Positions 25,554 to 32,580 of a DNA stretch of 32,580 bases are shown piece after piece. Source of the DNA: a virus (taxonomy: Duplodnaviria > Caudoviricetes); the IMG/VR virus record IMGVR_UViG_3300024179_000009, positions 1 through 32,580 of that record. The stretch is one strand, 5' to 3'. The notes beneath the pieces were generated by a model, which ran no database searches, was not told the origin of the DNA, and saw only the letters and a list, made by a program, of their open reading frames with translations. Each line of letters begins with the position of its first letter. The stretch's first letter is position 1. The translations under genes and the position numbers were made by a program.

Positions 25554-25988
25554 TCCCATTCGTAATCCGGTTCGAAGCAGATGCAATCGGTGCGATGGCA
25601 CCATTCGCATTCAGTTGACGCCAAGGTCTTCTGCGTCGCGGCGATCGAGATTGGCGACGAAGGTTTCGAGCCATAGGCTGTCGTCTGCGGTTTCGCTGCA
25701 TGAGGCATAGCGCCCGAGAACTTCCCGCAGATGAGCGTAAACAGACGCACGGAGGAGGATTTCGACAAAGCCGGTTTCCTTCTGCTGAACTGCTTTCATA
25801 GGTTGATCGAGCAATCGAAGACTGCGCCATCGGCGAGGCATTCGGCGAGGTAGCAGCAGCGGTTCTTCTAGCCACAGAACGCGGAGGGAATCATGCGCGG
25901 CGGATAAAGACCGGAAAGGCCGGCGGGACGCTCGGCAAGGTGGTTGTGACACCAAGCCGAGCGCCAAAGGCCGAGACCTTCACCCGAT

Positions 25989-26065
25989 GCGCCCGTAGCT
26001 CAGCTGGATAGAGCGGGGTCCTACTAAGTCCACGGTCGCAGGTTCGAATCCTGCCGGGCGCACCA
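25989..26065 (+). tRNA. tRNA with tRNA-Arg body and ACT anticodon (nominally Ser), weak anticodon stem
   Basis: GCGCCCG/CGGGCGC acceptor stem, GCTC-AGCTGGATA-GAGC D arm, GGGTC-CTACTAA-GTCCA anticodon arm, GCAGG-TTCGAAT-CCTGC T arm, A-CCA end; 77 nt. Confidence 0.9.
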
Positions 26066-26178
26066 TCTTCGCCGAGCCGACGCACGCTTTTCTGTAACAC
26101 ACAGAGATGGGGCGGCAGCAGAACTTTTTTCAAGAGTCAGAGTGATGACGCTCGCCGTTAAGCATCAGAGTCATGTCC

Positions 26179-26481
26179 CTACCCCGCCCCGAATTCCTCG
26201 TAGGAGCGCAGGTTGAGGTCGGCGACCGCGACCTTGGCCCCCAGGCCGGCAAGCCGCTTCGCATAGTTCTCGATCCACTCGAAGGGCTGATTGATATCGA
26301 ACCCGCCCGAGATGCGCGAAAGCTTCTTGCCTTCGCGAAAGTAGAGGCTCGCTGTCTGATCCCCGCCGATCTTAACGACGACCGGCAAGGCGATATCGCC
26401 ATCGACCAGATCGGACTTGCGCACCGTGCCGATAGTGACGCTGCGCTGTAAGCCAAGCACGCCGCGAATTGAGAGTGTCAT
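26179..26481 (-). CDS. Hypothetical protein
   Basis: 100 aa with globular composition; AAGGGG upstream; divergent from the + strand accessory operon. Confidence 0.5.
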   Translation of the reverse strand: MTLSIRGVLGLQRSVTIGTVRKSDLVDGDIALPVVVKIGGDQTASLYFREGKKLSRISGGFDINQPFEWIENYAKRLAGLGAKVAVADLNLRSYEEFGAG

Positions 26482-26511
26482 CGCTCATCCCCTTGTCCAA
26501 CACCCCCACCC

Positions 26512-26602
26512 TACCGCATGACCCCGACCCCGAGTACCGCATTATGCGCATTGCTGGCATGTGAGATATGCGATTGCGCTGTACCGCACCGTGCGTCATT
26601 GT
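26512..26602 (+). promoter_or_regulatory. Promoter with repeated operator-like boxes
   Basis: TTGCGC(26574)-N17-CATTGT; TACCGCA-nnn-TGCG boxes at 26535 and 26582, half box at 26512. Confidence 0.5.
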
Positions 26603-26638
26603 CTGGGCACGGCAATGGTGCCGCAGGGGATTGGGATC

Positions 26639-26836
26639 ATGTACATCGTCGAATGCACTTTCGCAGGCGAAACCTCCACCCTCGCCGCGCATTTCACCAA
26701 CATCGTCGACGCGGCCATCGCCGCAAAAGAACAACTCGACCTCGGCTATGCCGTCGACATCATCAACACCGAAAATCGACAACCGCGTGAGCCTGTCACG
26801 CGGTTAACCTTTCCCGCTTCCCGTAGAAGGATTTAA
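26639..26836 (+). CDS. Hypothetical protein
   Basis: ATG 26639 after a G-rich SD-like stretch; first gene after the promoter. Confidence 0.55.
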   Translation: MYIVECTFAGETSTLAAHFTNIVDAAIAAKEQLDLGYAVDIINTENRQPREPVTRLTFPASRRRI

Positions 26837-26840
26837 ACAG

Positions 26841-27047
26841 ATGACCAACAGCGAACCAAACAGCGTCGAGGTTTTCGTGCGCGATGCGGTCGGCGGCATC
26901 TATTGCCACAGCTGCAGCAATCTCGCCTACGAGGCCGCGGCAATCAAACACGCCAAATGGTGGACCCAGCAGCGCGCAAGCCGGATGCGGGCCTGCGCTC
27001 CGTTCAAGGTCGTGGTCACACGCTATCACGACGACAGCGCGGCTTGA
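26841..27047 (+). CDS. Hypothetical protein
   Basis: AAGGA SD; 68 aa. Confidence 0.6.
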   Translation: MTNSEPNSVEVFVRDAVGGIYCHSCSNLAYEAAAIKHAKWWTQQRASRMRACAPFKVVVTRYHDDSAA

Positions 27048-27059
27048 GGAGGACGGACG

Positions 27060-27470
27060 ATGACGACATACAGCAACCCACGCATGGAAGCCGTAATCGA
27101 CGGCTGGCCGATCGGAAGCAAGCGCACGATAGTACACTTCGCGATCGAGGTCGTACCGGGACGTGGCGAGCGCGGCACCCGTTACACGATCGACCCGAAA
27201 ACAGGCAAGCCGAGTGCAACCAAAAAACTCACCTACGCTCGCAAGGCGAGCATCGTCGACGGCGATGACGGAAAAACCTACATCATCGAATTAACCAGCA
27301 TTTACGGGCATATCGTCGTCATGCAGGGCGGAATGCAATATCAGGCCGAGGACGCGATTTTTGAACGCGATCCACGATATGCCGTCCTGCTCAAGCTGTT
27401 TGACGATGTTTCGCCTCCCTTGCTCGTGGCCGGCGCGGCCCGGTGGGCACGCGAGCAGGTAAAGTCCTAA
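27060..27470 (+). CDS. Hypothetical protein
   Basis: GAGGAGG SD; 136 aa. Confidence 0.75.
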   Translation: MTTYSNPRMEAVIDGWPIGSKRTIVHFAIEVVPGRGERGTRYTIDPKTGKPSATKKLTYARKASIVDGDDGKTYIIELTSIYGHIVVMQGGMQYQAEDAIFERDPRYAVLLKLFDDVSPPLLVAGAARWAREQVKS

Positions 27471-27520
27471 ACGCCATAAACGCCGCCACACGCGCGGAAG
27501 GGTCCGGGGGTAGATTGATT

Positions 27521-27556
27521 TTGACACCATACCAGCCTAATGCTACACGTGTAGCA
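27521..27556 (+). promoter_or_regulatory. Promoter for the HNH gene with a perfect 16-bp palindrome over the -10 box
   Basis: TTGACA-N17-TACACG with TGn extension; TGCTACACGTGTAGCA at 27541-27556; ATG at 27559. Confidence 0.6.
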
Positions 27557-27558
27557 CT

Positions 27559-28075
27559 ATGGGACGCCAGCACGCCGCTAAACTCGCAGGACATTTTCGC
27601 CACCTCGTGGAGGAACGCTGGTGCATCTATTGCGGTGCGCCAGCGACCACCAAGGATCATTTCCTGCCGCTTTTCGGTTGCGGCCAGATTGGCCGAGGTG
27701 GGCTTGGCTGTCCCACGCAAAGCCAAGGTGCTTGTGCCCGCGTGCCATCAATGCAATTGCATCGCCGGAAAGCATACTTTCCGCAGCATCGGCGCAAAAC
27801 GCCGCTATATTCAGCGTCGGCTCGCGCAAAAGTTCAAACGGCTTCTCGCGATGCCAGATTGGTCCGAAAGCGAGTTGGACGAGCTCGGATATGCCCTCCG
27901 GCAAAGCATCATCAACAGCCTCGGCGCTCGCGACTATCTGCGAGGACGGTTAGCATGGCGAAACCATCACAACAGCGACCCTGCGAAACTTGCCAACGTC
28001 CGTTTACGGTTCGTCGATATTGGGCGCGCTTCTGCTCGACAAAGTGCACCCGGCGCGCCTATCGAAAGCGATTGA
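27559..28075 (+). pseudogene. HNH endonuclease split by a +1 frameshift at 27670-27675
   Basis: CIYCG...TKDHFLP in one frame and LVPACHQCN in the +1 frame; removing one T of CTTTTC joins them. Confidence 0.75.
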
Positions 28076-28113
28076 AGGAAGAAATTGCCCGCCTGCGAGC
28101 ACAGAAAACCTGA
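27955..28113 (+). CDS. Small zinc-finger protein (CxxC...FCSxxC)
   Basis: GAGGA SD; MAKPSQQRPCETCQRPF...ARFCSTKC. Confidence 0.65.
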   Translation: MAKPSQQRPCETCQRPFTVRRYWARFCSTKCTRRAYRKRLKEEIARLRAQKT

Positions 28114-28182
28114 TGCTCCCCGACCCTTCCCCCCACTCACGCCCCAGCTACGGGGCATTTTAAGCCATCGTAGGAGAAACCG

Positions 28183-28479
28183 ATGACCGAACCGAAATGG
28201 ACGCCGGGACCGTGGGATTACGAATGGGTGCCAGCGAAAGCCAGCGGCGGCGGACACCTCTACATCATTGATTCCGCCGGCCGGAAAATTGCAGCGATTT
28301 GGGGCAAGGCCGAAGAAAAAGAATTTGCCGCCCGCCTGATTGCCGCCGCGCCCGAACTTTACGAGGCCGCGGTTCGTGCTCTTGAGGAGATGTGCCACAC
28401 GACCGCACCCCGCAGCAGCTTCACCGATGCGGTGGATACTCTCGATGCCGCCATTACCAAAGCCCGGGGCGAGCCATGA
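28183..28479 (+). CDS. Conserved phage protein of the TPGPW...ARLIAAAPEL type
   Basis: AGGAG SD; both motifs are present. Confidence 0.85.
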   Translation: MTEPKWTPGPWDYEWVPAKASGGGHLYIIDSAGRKIAAIWGKAEEKEFAARLIAAAPELYEAAVRALEEMCHTTAPRSSFTDAVDTLDAAITKARGEP

Positions 28480-28688
28480 TCCCGCAAGCGCAGTTCGCCG
28501 CGATCCTCCAGGCCGCCAACGCCGCGGTCGACAAGCGCATGGCCGAGCGCGAGGCGGTGAGGCCGCTGATGCCGCTGTTCCCGGGATTCTCGTGGGCGCA
28601 GATCCATCGCGGGCTTACCGTGCCGGCGGTTCCTCCATCTCTCGCAACCGAGCAAGAACACGCGGATCATCAGGTGGGAGAAGTTTGA
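28476..28688 (+). CDS. Hypothetical protein
   Basis: ATGA-coupled to the previous gene. Confidence 0.5.
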   Translation: MIPQAQFAAILQAANAAVDKRMAEREAVRPLMPLFPGFSWAQIHRGLTVPAVPPSLATEQEHADHQVGEV

Positions 28689-29550
28689 AATTGCGTGCTT
28701 GCGCTGCGACCTCGCGCCGCTTCTGTGGCGTCAAAGGCTCCTGCTCGATCGCGCGCACCCGACCCGTCTCATCGGTAATGATGCCATACTCCGCCAACAT
28801 CGCCTCGACCTCGGCCCGCTCCTCATCTGTGACCGGCTTCGGCGCTATCCATGCCGGCGATATCTCGGGCGCCAGATAACCTCTCCGCAGACCGTCGAGG
28901 AGCGCATGACGTGGTGCCACGAGGCGGTTAAGGCGCGCGGTCAACTCCGACATGCTCGGCCAGAACTTCTCATCGCGCGGCCACCCTCGCAGCACCTCAC
29001 GCACCGCGTCGGCGGGGTATTTCATCAACTCGTCGGCATAGGCGGCCAGGACAAGCTGCAAATCCATGCTGATGTCGCGGCTGACCGTCATCGCCCGCAC
29101 CCTGGCAAGCTCGGACAGCACCTCGCGCTTACTCATGGGCAACAGCGACGCCTCCGCGATGTCGATCGCCTCGACCACCTCGCCGGCGGTGCGCGGCCGG
29201 TTCAATTCGTACCGGATAACGCTGCCGTTCCAACCGTGCTCATCGCTCGCGTCGTTCCATGTCGTCGCGAGAGAGGAGCGCATTGAGGGCGTGAGTAATC
29301 GTGCCGGGTCGTGCTGTAGGTTCGTCTCTGACGCCGTTGCCACGATAGCCAGCGAATTTCGGCGCATTGCGGACCCATGTTCGCCAAGCTGCGTGCCAGT
29401 CTGCATAGGTAGGCTCGTCTCGGAGGCATCGGTCTCGGAAGGATTCGGCTTCTCGCTCGATCCATCCTGCGTCATGACCTTGTTCCTCAGCGTATCGAGC
29501 GTCTCTCGAATCAGGCCACCAATCGGCTGCGATCCGCGTCCTCTTTCCAT
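28615..29550 (-). CDS. Helicase loader/inhibitor-like replication protein (start uncertain)
   Basis: AYADELMKYPADAV...FWPSMSEL pattern typical of genes downstream of phage initiators; AAAGGA SD 8 nt before ATG 29550. Confidence 0.6.
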   Translation of the reverse strand: MERGRGSQPIGGLIRETLDTLRNKVMTQDGSSEKPNPSETDASETSLPMQTGTQLGEHGSAMRRNSLAIVATASETNLQHDPARLLTPSMRSSLATTWNDASDEHGWNGSVIRYELNRPRTAGEVVEAIDIAEASLLPMSKREVLSELARVRAMTVSRDISMDLQLVLAAYADELMKYPADAVREVLRGWPRDEKFWPSMSELTARLNRLVAPRHALLDGLRRGYLAPEISPAWIAPKPVTDEERAEVEAMLAEYGIITDETGRVRAIEQEPLTPQKRREVAAQARNFKLLPPDDPRVLARLREMEEPPAR

Positions 29551-29983
29551 TGGCATGTTCCTTTCTGGCTGGCTCGCGCGCGGGCGCTAATACCAAGGCG
29601 ACAGCCTTGGTATCTTCTTCTGTTGGTTCTTCTGACGGTTCTGTGTCGGCAGAGCCGACAGGGGGTGTCGCCTGAGCCGACACGCCTGTCGGTAAATCCG
29701 ACAGGGGGTGTCGGTTATCCCGACACTGTAGAAAATAACGGTTTGTTTGCTGCCCTGTGCCGTTAAAGCGGTTCTCTCGCTTGATGAGCCCGAGATCGAC
29801 GAGCTTCCTGATCTGCTCATTGACGGTTTGCCGGGTGAGCCCGCAATCGGATGCAATGTGCCCCTGGGACGGCCAGCACTCGCCTTCATCGTTGGCATGA
29901 TCGGCGAGCTTGAGCAGCACCAGCTTGGCTGATGGCGTCGGACAGGGCGTATCGAACGCCCATGTCATTGCCCGTATGCTCAC
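29240..29983 (-). CDS. Replication initiator (N-terminal winged HTH, lambda-O-like organisation; C-terminal DnaT-like region)
   Basis: KLVLLKLADHANDEGECWPS...IASDCGLTRQTV...LVDLGLI; C-terminal DWHAAWRTWVRN; internal iterons. Confidence 0.88.
   Translation of the reverse strand: MSIRAMTWAFDTPCPTPSAKLVLLKLADHANDEGECWPSQGHIASDCGLTRQTVNEQIRKLVDLGLIKRENRFNGTGQQTNRYFLQCRDNRHPLSDLPTGVSAQATPPVGSADTEPSEEPTEEDTKAVALVLAPAREPARKEHANGKRTRIAADWWPDSRDARYAEEQGHDAGWIEREAESFRDRCLRDEPTYADWHAAWRTWVRNAPKFAGYRGNGVRDEPTARPGTITHALNALLSRDDMERRER
29644..29725. repeat. Replication origin iterons: four TGTCG(G/C)-N5-CCGACA palindromes
   Basis: 17-bp units at 29644, 29666, 29687 and 29709 (spacing 22, 21, 22) inside the initiator gene. 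Confidence 0.85.
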
Positions 29984-30011
29984 ATGCAGCAGCCTTGGCA
30001 GCCGGGAGAGA

Positions 30012-30100
30012 AACGAGCGCGGACCGACCCAAAGGCCGGGCTGCTGGTCGGCTGGACGGGGAAAACCTGAGGGATCAGCTCAGGCTGGCCCGCGCTCGTC
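30012..30100 (-). ncRNA. Three-way-junction RNA upstream of the initiator (C4/CI-like architecture)
   Basis: Closing stem ACGAGCGCGG/CCGCGCTCGT enclosing hairpins CCTGAG/CTCAGG and CCGACC/GGTCGG; starts just after a strong promoter. Confidence 0.55.
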
Positions 30101-30104
30101 GGCG

Positions 30105-30133
30105 ATTATATGGGATGCGGTCGGCGATCTCAA
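30105..30133 (-). promoter_or_regulatory. Near-consensus sigma70 promoter
   Basis: TTGAGA-N17-TATAAT on the minus strand. Confidence 0.75.
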
Positions 30134-30315
30134 GCCGCGTCGTGGTTGCGTAGCCACCAGCGGATCAGATGCCCGCGTACTCGACCCCAGCCGCGCCGAT
30201 ACTTCGCATACCCGAGCGCCACATTCGCCTCGGTCGCGGTTAGTCCCCATGCCCGCCAATGCCGGATCATCTCCTCGGCGACCTCGCGCGCCGCTTTAAC
30301 ATCGCCCGGCATCAT
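30130..30315 (-). CDS. Hypothetical protein
   Basis: ATGA-coupled, 61 aa. Confidence 0.55.
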   Translation of the reverse strand: MMPGDVKAAREVAEEMIRHWRAWGLTATEANVALGYAKYRRGWGRVRGHLIRWWLRNHDAA

Positions 30316-30500
30316 GCCGCGTCCGTTGGTTTATCGTCGTACAGCGGTCGCACCCGGCGCGCCAGCAGCTCGGCGAGACGCGCGGAGCGGCCCTGCCGGC
30401 CCCATACCGGCATCTCGCCCACGATCACCAGCGACAGCGCCTCGACCTCGGCGACTTCTTTCAACGAAAGGTGGTCCCAATCCTTCATGTTCGGCTTCAT
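30312..30500 (-). CDS. Hypothetical protein
   Basis: ATGA-coupled to the methyltransferase stop. Confidence 0.55.
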   Translation of the reverse strand: MKPNMKDWDHLSLKEVAEVEALSLVIVGEMPVWGRQGRSARLAELLARRVRPLYDDKPTDAA

Positions 30501-31087
30501 GGCAGCCACCGAATCGTCGGATCGCTCGGTTCGCGGGACCAATCCCAAACATACCAGGCGTAGGGAAAGCGGGGGCTCGCCTTATCCGCCGAATCGGTCC
30601 AACGAGGGCGCCGAGGTAGGATCAGCTTGCAGGCGAAGGGGTACTCGAACAGAGGGCGATTCGTTTTCGGCGCATCAAACTCATGGCGCTGGAGAATAGC
30701 GACCTTTCCCCCATTCGTTCTCACCCCCTCGATGGCACGAACGATAAACTGCCGCGCAAGATCGAACGGCGGATTGGTTACGACCGCATTGCAACCGTAT
30801 AAGAACGCCGAACGCAGGAAATCGCGGATCTCGGTACTAGGATAACCGTAGTCATGGATGTCGCTGCTGAACACCAAATACCCAGCTGCTTCGATCTCCC
30901 GGGCCATGCGTCCATCGCCACATGCAGGCTCCCACACCACAGGACCGAAGCGCACCGCGCTCAGTAGCGCCCGCGTCACCCATGGCTCGGTAAAGTAAGC
31001 GTCGCGGGTCACGCGTTCATAGCCAGCCTCGCCGTGGTTTGCACTCTTGCGAGGCTGCGCCGGTTCATGGCCGAGGAGGTCCGTCAT
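30497..31087 (-). CDS. Orphan amino (probably N6-adenine) DNA methyltransferase
   Basis: DAYFTE, motif I WEPACGDG, DFL, motif IV VTNPPF, C-terminal YAWYVW. Confidence 0.88.
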   Translation of the reverse strand: MTDLLGHEPAQPRKSANHGEAGYERVTRDAYFTEPWVTRALLSAVRFGPVVWEPACGDGRMAREIEAAGYLVFSSDIHDYGYPSTEIRDFLRSAFLYGCNAVVTNPPFDLARQFIVRAIEGVRTNGGKVAILQRHEFDAPKTNRPLFEYPFACKLILPRRPRWTDSADKASPRFPYAWYVWDWSREPSDPTIRWLP

Positions 31088-31686
31088 CCCACCGCCTCCG
31101 CTATCCGCAACGGTACGCCGCATTCCCGCAGCGCGATAATCGCCTCATCCAAACTGCGGATCACGTAGACCGCGCACCTGGCGCGACGCAGCGCCTGATG
31201 GCACACGATCTGATCTACAGAGAGTCGCCCCTTGGGCGCTTTCAACTCCAGAAAAACCGGGCGACCGCCATCTAAAATCATCATATCGGGCACGCCGGCC
31301 TTGACCCCCATGCCGCGCAAAATCGCCCCGCGCACCCTGCCGCCACCGCCGAGCGGGATCGTGCTGTACCAGGCGTTCCCGGTGAGGGCTGCATCGAGGA
31401 ACTGCGCGATTTGTTTTTGCAGCGCTTGCTCAGGGGCGCGCCGCTTGGGTTTCGGATGCAGATAGCGACGGTCGAAATCCGCGTCGCGCTCGGCTTTTGT
31501 GTGGGCCAGATCGTCAGCCATCACCCCAATCCATTCGTCAAGCCGCGCCTCGACAATCTTATACACATCCTCCCGCAGCAGCGGCTCAGTAGCATGTCGC
31601 AGCGCCTCGATGTTCAGCATCAGATCATCGGCAATCTCACGGGCCAATGTGCGCCGTTCTGCCGGCGTTAGATCGGCGTCAGCCAT
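31084..31686 (-). CDS. VRR-NUC (PD-(D/E)xK) nuclease
   Basis: EQALQ...GVKAGVPDMM...FLELKAPKGRLSVDQ. Confidence 0.88.
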   Translation of the reverse strand: MADADLTPAERRTLAREIADDLMLNIEALRHATEPLLREDVYKIVEARLDEWIGVMADDLAHTKAERDADFDRRYLHPKPKRRAPEQALQKQIAQFLDAALTGNAWYSTIPLGGGGRVRGAILRGMGVKAGVPDMMILDGGRPVFLELKAPKGRLSVDQIVCHQALRRARCAVYVIRSLDEAIIALRECGVPLRIAEAVG

Positions 31687-31972
31687 CGGCGCGCTCCCGC
31701 AAGATGCCGCGTACCGCTTCCGCGGGAACGGCGGTCGCCAGAGGATCGTGAATGGGCTCGAAAAAATCTTCGGGCTCGATCGGCACCGCCGCCCTGGCAC
31801 CTGCCAGGATTACCGGATGATGCCATTTGACCGGGATGCCGGCGTTTTGCCAACTCTGAACGGTTGACGCCGGAACCGGATTGCCACCTATCGAGAGATA
31901 GCGGGCAAGCGTGGCCGGGCCACCGAACTTCTGAACAATGCGTCTCGCGGCGATAGCTGGTGCGTCTTTCAT
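31679..31972 (-). CDS. Cro-like HTH regulator
   Basis: IVQKFGGPATLARYL...STVQSWQNAGIP; first gene of the replication operon; apparently leaderless. Confidence 0.8.
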   Translation of the reverse strand: MKDAPAIAARRIVQKFGGPATLARYLSIGGNPVPASTVQSWQNAGIPVKWHHPVILAGARAAVPIEPEDFFEPIHDPLATAVPAEAVRGILRERADG

Positions 31973-31978
31973 GGACGG

Positions 31979-32050
31979 ACCCTAGCGCACGATAAAATCG
32001 GCGTCAACGAAAATATCGGCTTGACAGGCCGCCGAAAATATCGGCATCCT
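31979..32050. promoter_or_regulatory. Divergent promoters with three operator repeats
   Basis: Minus: TTGACG-N17-TAGGGT, 6 nt before the cro ATG. Plus: TTGACA(32021)-N18-CATCCT. Operators nnCGA-WAAWA-TCGGC at 31988, 32006 and 32031. Confidence 0.75.
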
Positions 32051-32088
32051 CCGGTCACTCGCCCCATTCGGCGAGATGGAGAGATGGG

Positions 32089-32580
32089 ATGGGTGCGGCA
32101 CGGAAAAAAAAGACAGACGCGCCGACCGAGATCATAGGGTGGTGGTTTGCGGCCTCCGGTGAGTTGCCGCACGGCGATGGGCGCAAAGTCGTTATCGGTG
32201 AGACGCTGACCGTCAAGGGCAAGATTGTCCCTTGCCGGTGGGGGTTGCACGCCAGCGTTGATCCATTCGATGCACTTCAATACGCGCCTGGGCCGCTACT
32301 CTACAAGGTGCGGCTATCCGGTAAGATCGTGCCGAATGACAATGACAAGCACGCCGCGAGTGAGAGAACTGCGATAGCGAAGCGGGATTCTACCCAAATG
32401 CTACGGGCGTTTGCTCGCAAGGTGGCGCTCTCGGTAATTCACCTATGGGATGCGCCTACCATCGTGCGCGAATATCTGGAGACAGGAGACGAGAGTAAGA
32501 AGGCCGCCGCCGGGAACGCCGCCTGGGCCGCCGCCGGGGACGCCGCCAGGGACGACGCCGGGGACGACGCCGCGGACGCC
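32089..32580 (+). CDS. Conserved phage protein (CxxGLHAS...DK domain followed by AAW/AAxD tetrapeptide repeats), truncated by the window end
   Basis: Manual translation MGAARKKK...PCRWGLHASVDPFDALQYAPGPLLYKVRLSG...DKHAASER...AAAGNAAWAAAGDAARDDAGDD; GGAGAG upstream. Confidence 0.75.
   Translation, partial: MGAARKKKTDAPTEIIGWWFAASGELPHGDGRKVVIGETLTVKGKIVPCRWGLHASVDPFDALQYAPGPLLYKVRLSGKIVPNDNDKHAASERTAIAKRDSTQMLRAFARKVALSVIHLWDAPTIVREYLETGDESKKAAAGNAAWAAAGDAARDDAGDDAADA

Noticed and set aside
25540-25967. Overlapping minus-strand ORFs upstream of the XRE gene
   Set aside because: Three frames compete, none has a clear SD or motif, so no call can be supported.
26015-26032. Reading the tRNA as an amber suppressor (CTA)
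   Set aside because: Canonical spacing from the D and T arms puts CTACTAA as the loop with ACT at positions 34-36; no stem supports a CTA-centred loop.
25989-26065. tRNA as a prophage attachment site
   Set aside because: Phage-type genes lie on both sides; no integrase or duplicated tRNA 3' end was seen in the window.
26173-26451. Plus-strand 92-aa ORF
   Set aside because: Fully overlaps the more plausible minus-strand ORF 26179..26481 and lacks an SD.
29644-29725. CRISPR-like array
   Set aside because: Gaps are only 4-5 bp and the repeats lie in the initiator gene; these are iterons.
30497-31686. Methyltransferase plus nuclease as a restriction-modification system
   Set aside because: The nuclease is a VRR-NUC type common in phage replication modules; orphan methyltransferases are usual there.
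32500-32580. GCCGCC-rich 12-nt repeats
   Set aside because: Coding low-complexity AAxx repeats typical of this phage protein type, not a separate element.

Overview
The whole window is part of a GC-rich tailed-phage genome with podovirus-type head and tail genes; the host is probably an alphaproteobacterium (inference). From right to left it contains a Cro-like gene with divergent promoters and three operators, a VRR-NUC nuclease, an orphan adenine methyltransferase, a lambda-O-like initiator with four palindromic iterons and an overlapping helicase-loader-like gene. An accessory block follows (frameshifted HNH, small ORFs, one odd tRNA, HTH), then an HGGxSTG terminase-small-like gene on the + strand. 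A long minus-strand late operon encodes holin-like and lipoprotein genes, terminase large, portal, scaffold, major capsid, adaptor, nozzle, tail/appendage proteins and a lysis cassette ending in a truncated lysozyme. The most unusual points are five. (1) Several tail-type proteins carry Sec signal peptides, two of them with paired cysteines, and sit beside an O-antigen-ligase-like gene and a His-motif membrane enzyme, suggesting periplasmic maturation of virion appendages. (2) The nozzle protein has a five-deep nested (Russian-doll) domain insertion. (3) The terminase appears to carry a second, catalytically dead nuclease domain. (4) The tRNA has an Arg body with an ACT (Ser) anticodon. (5) Several structured RNA-like elements occur, two of them in frame inside membrane-protein genes. 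All family calls come from motif recognition by eye; no database search was run.
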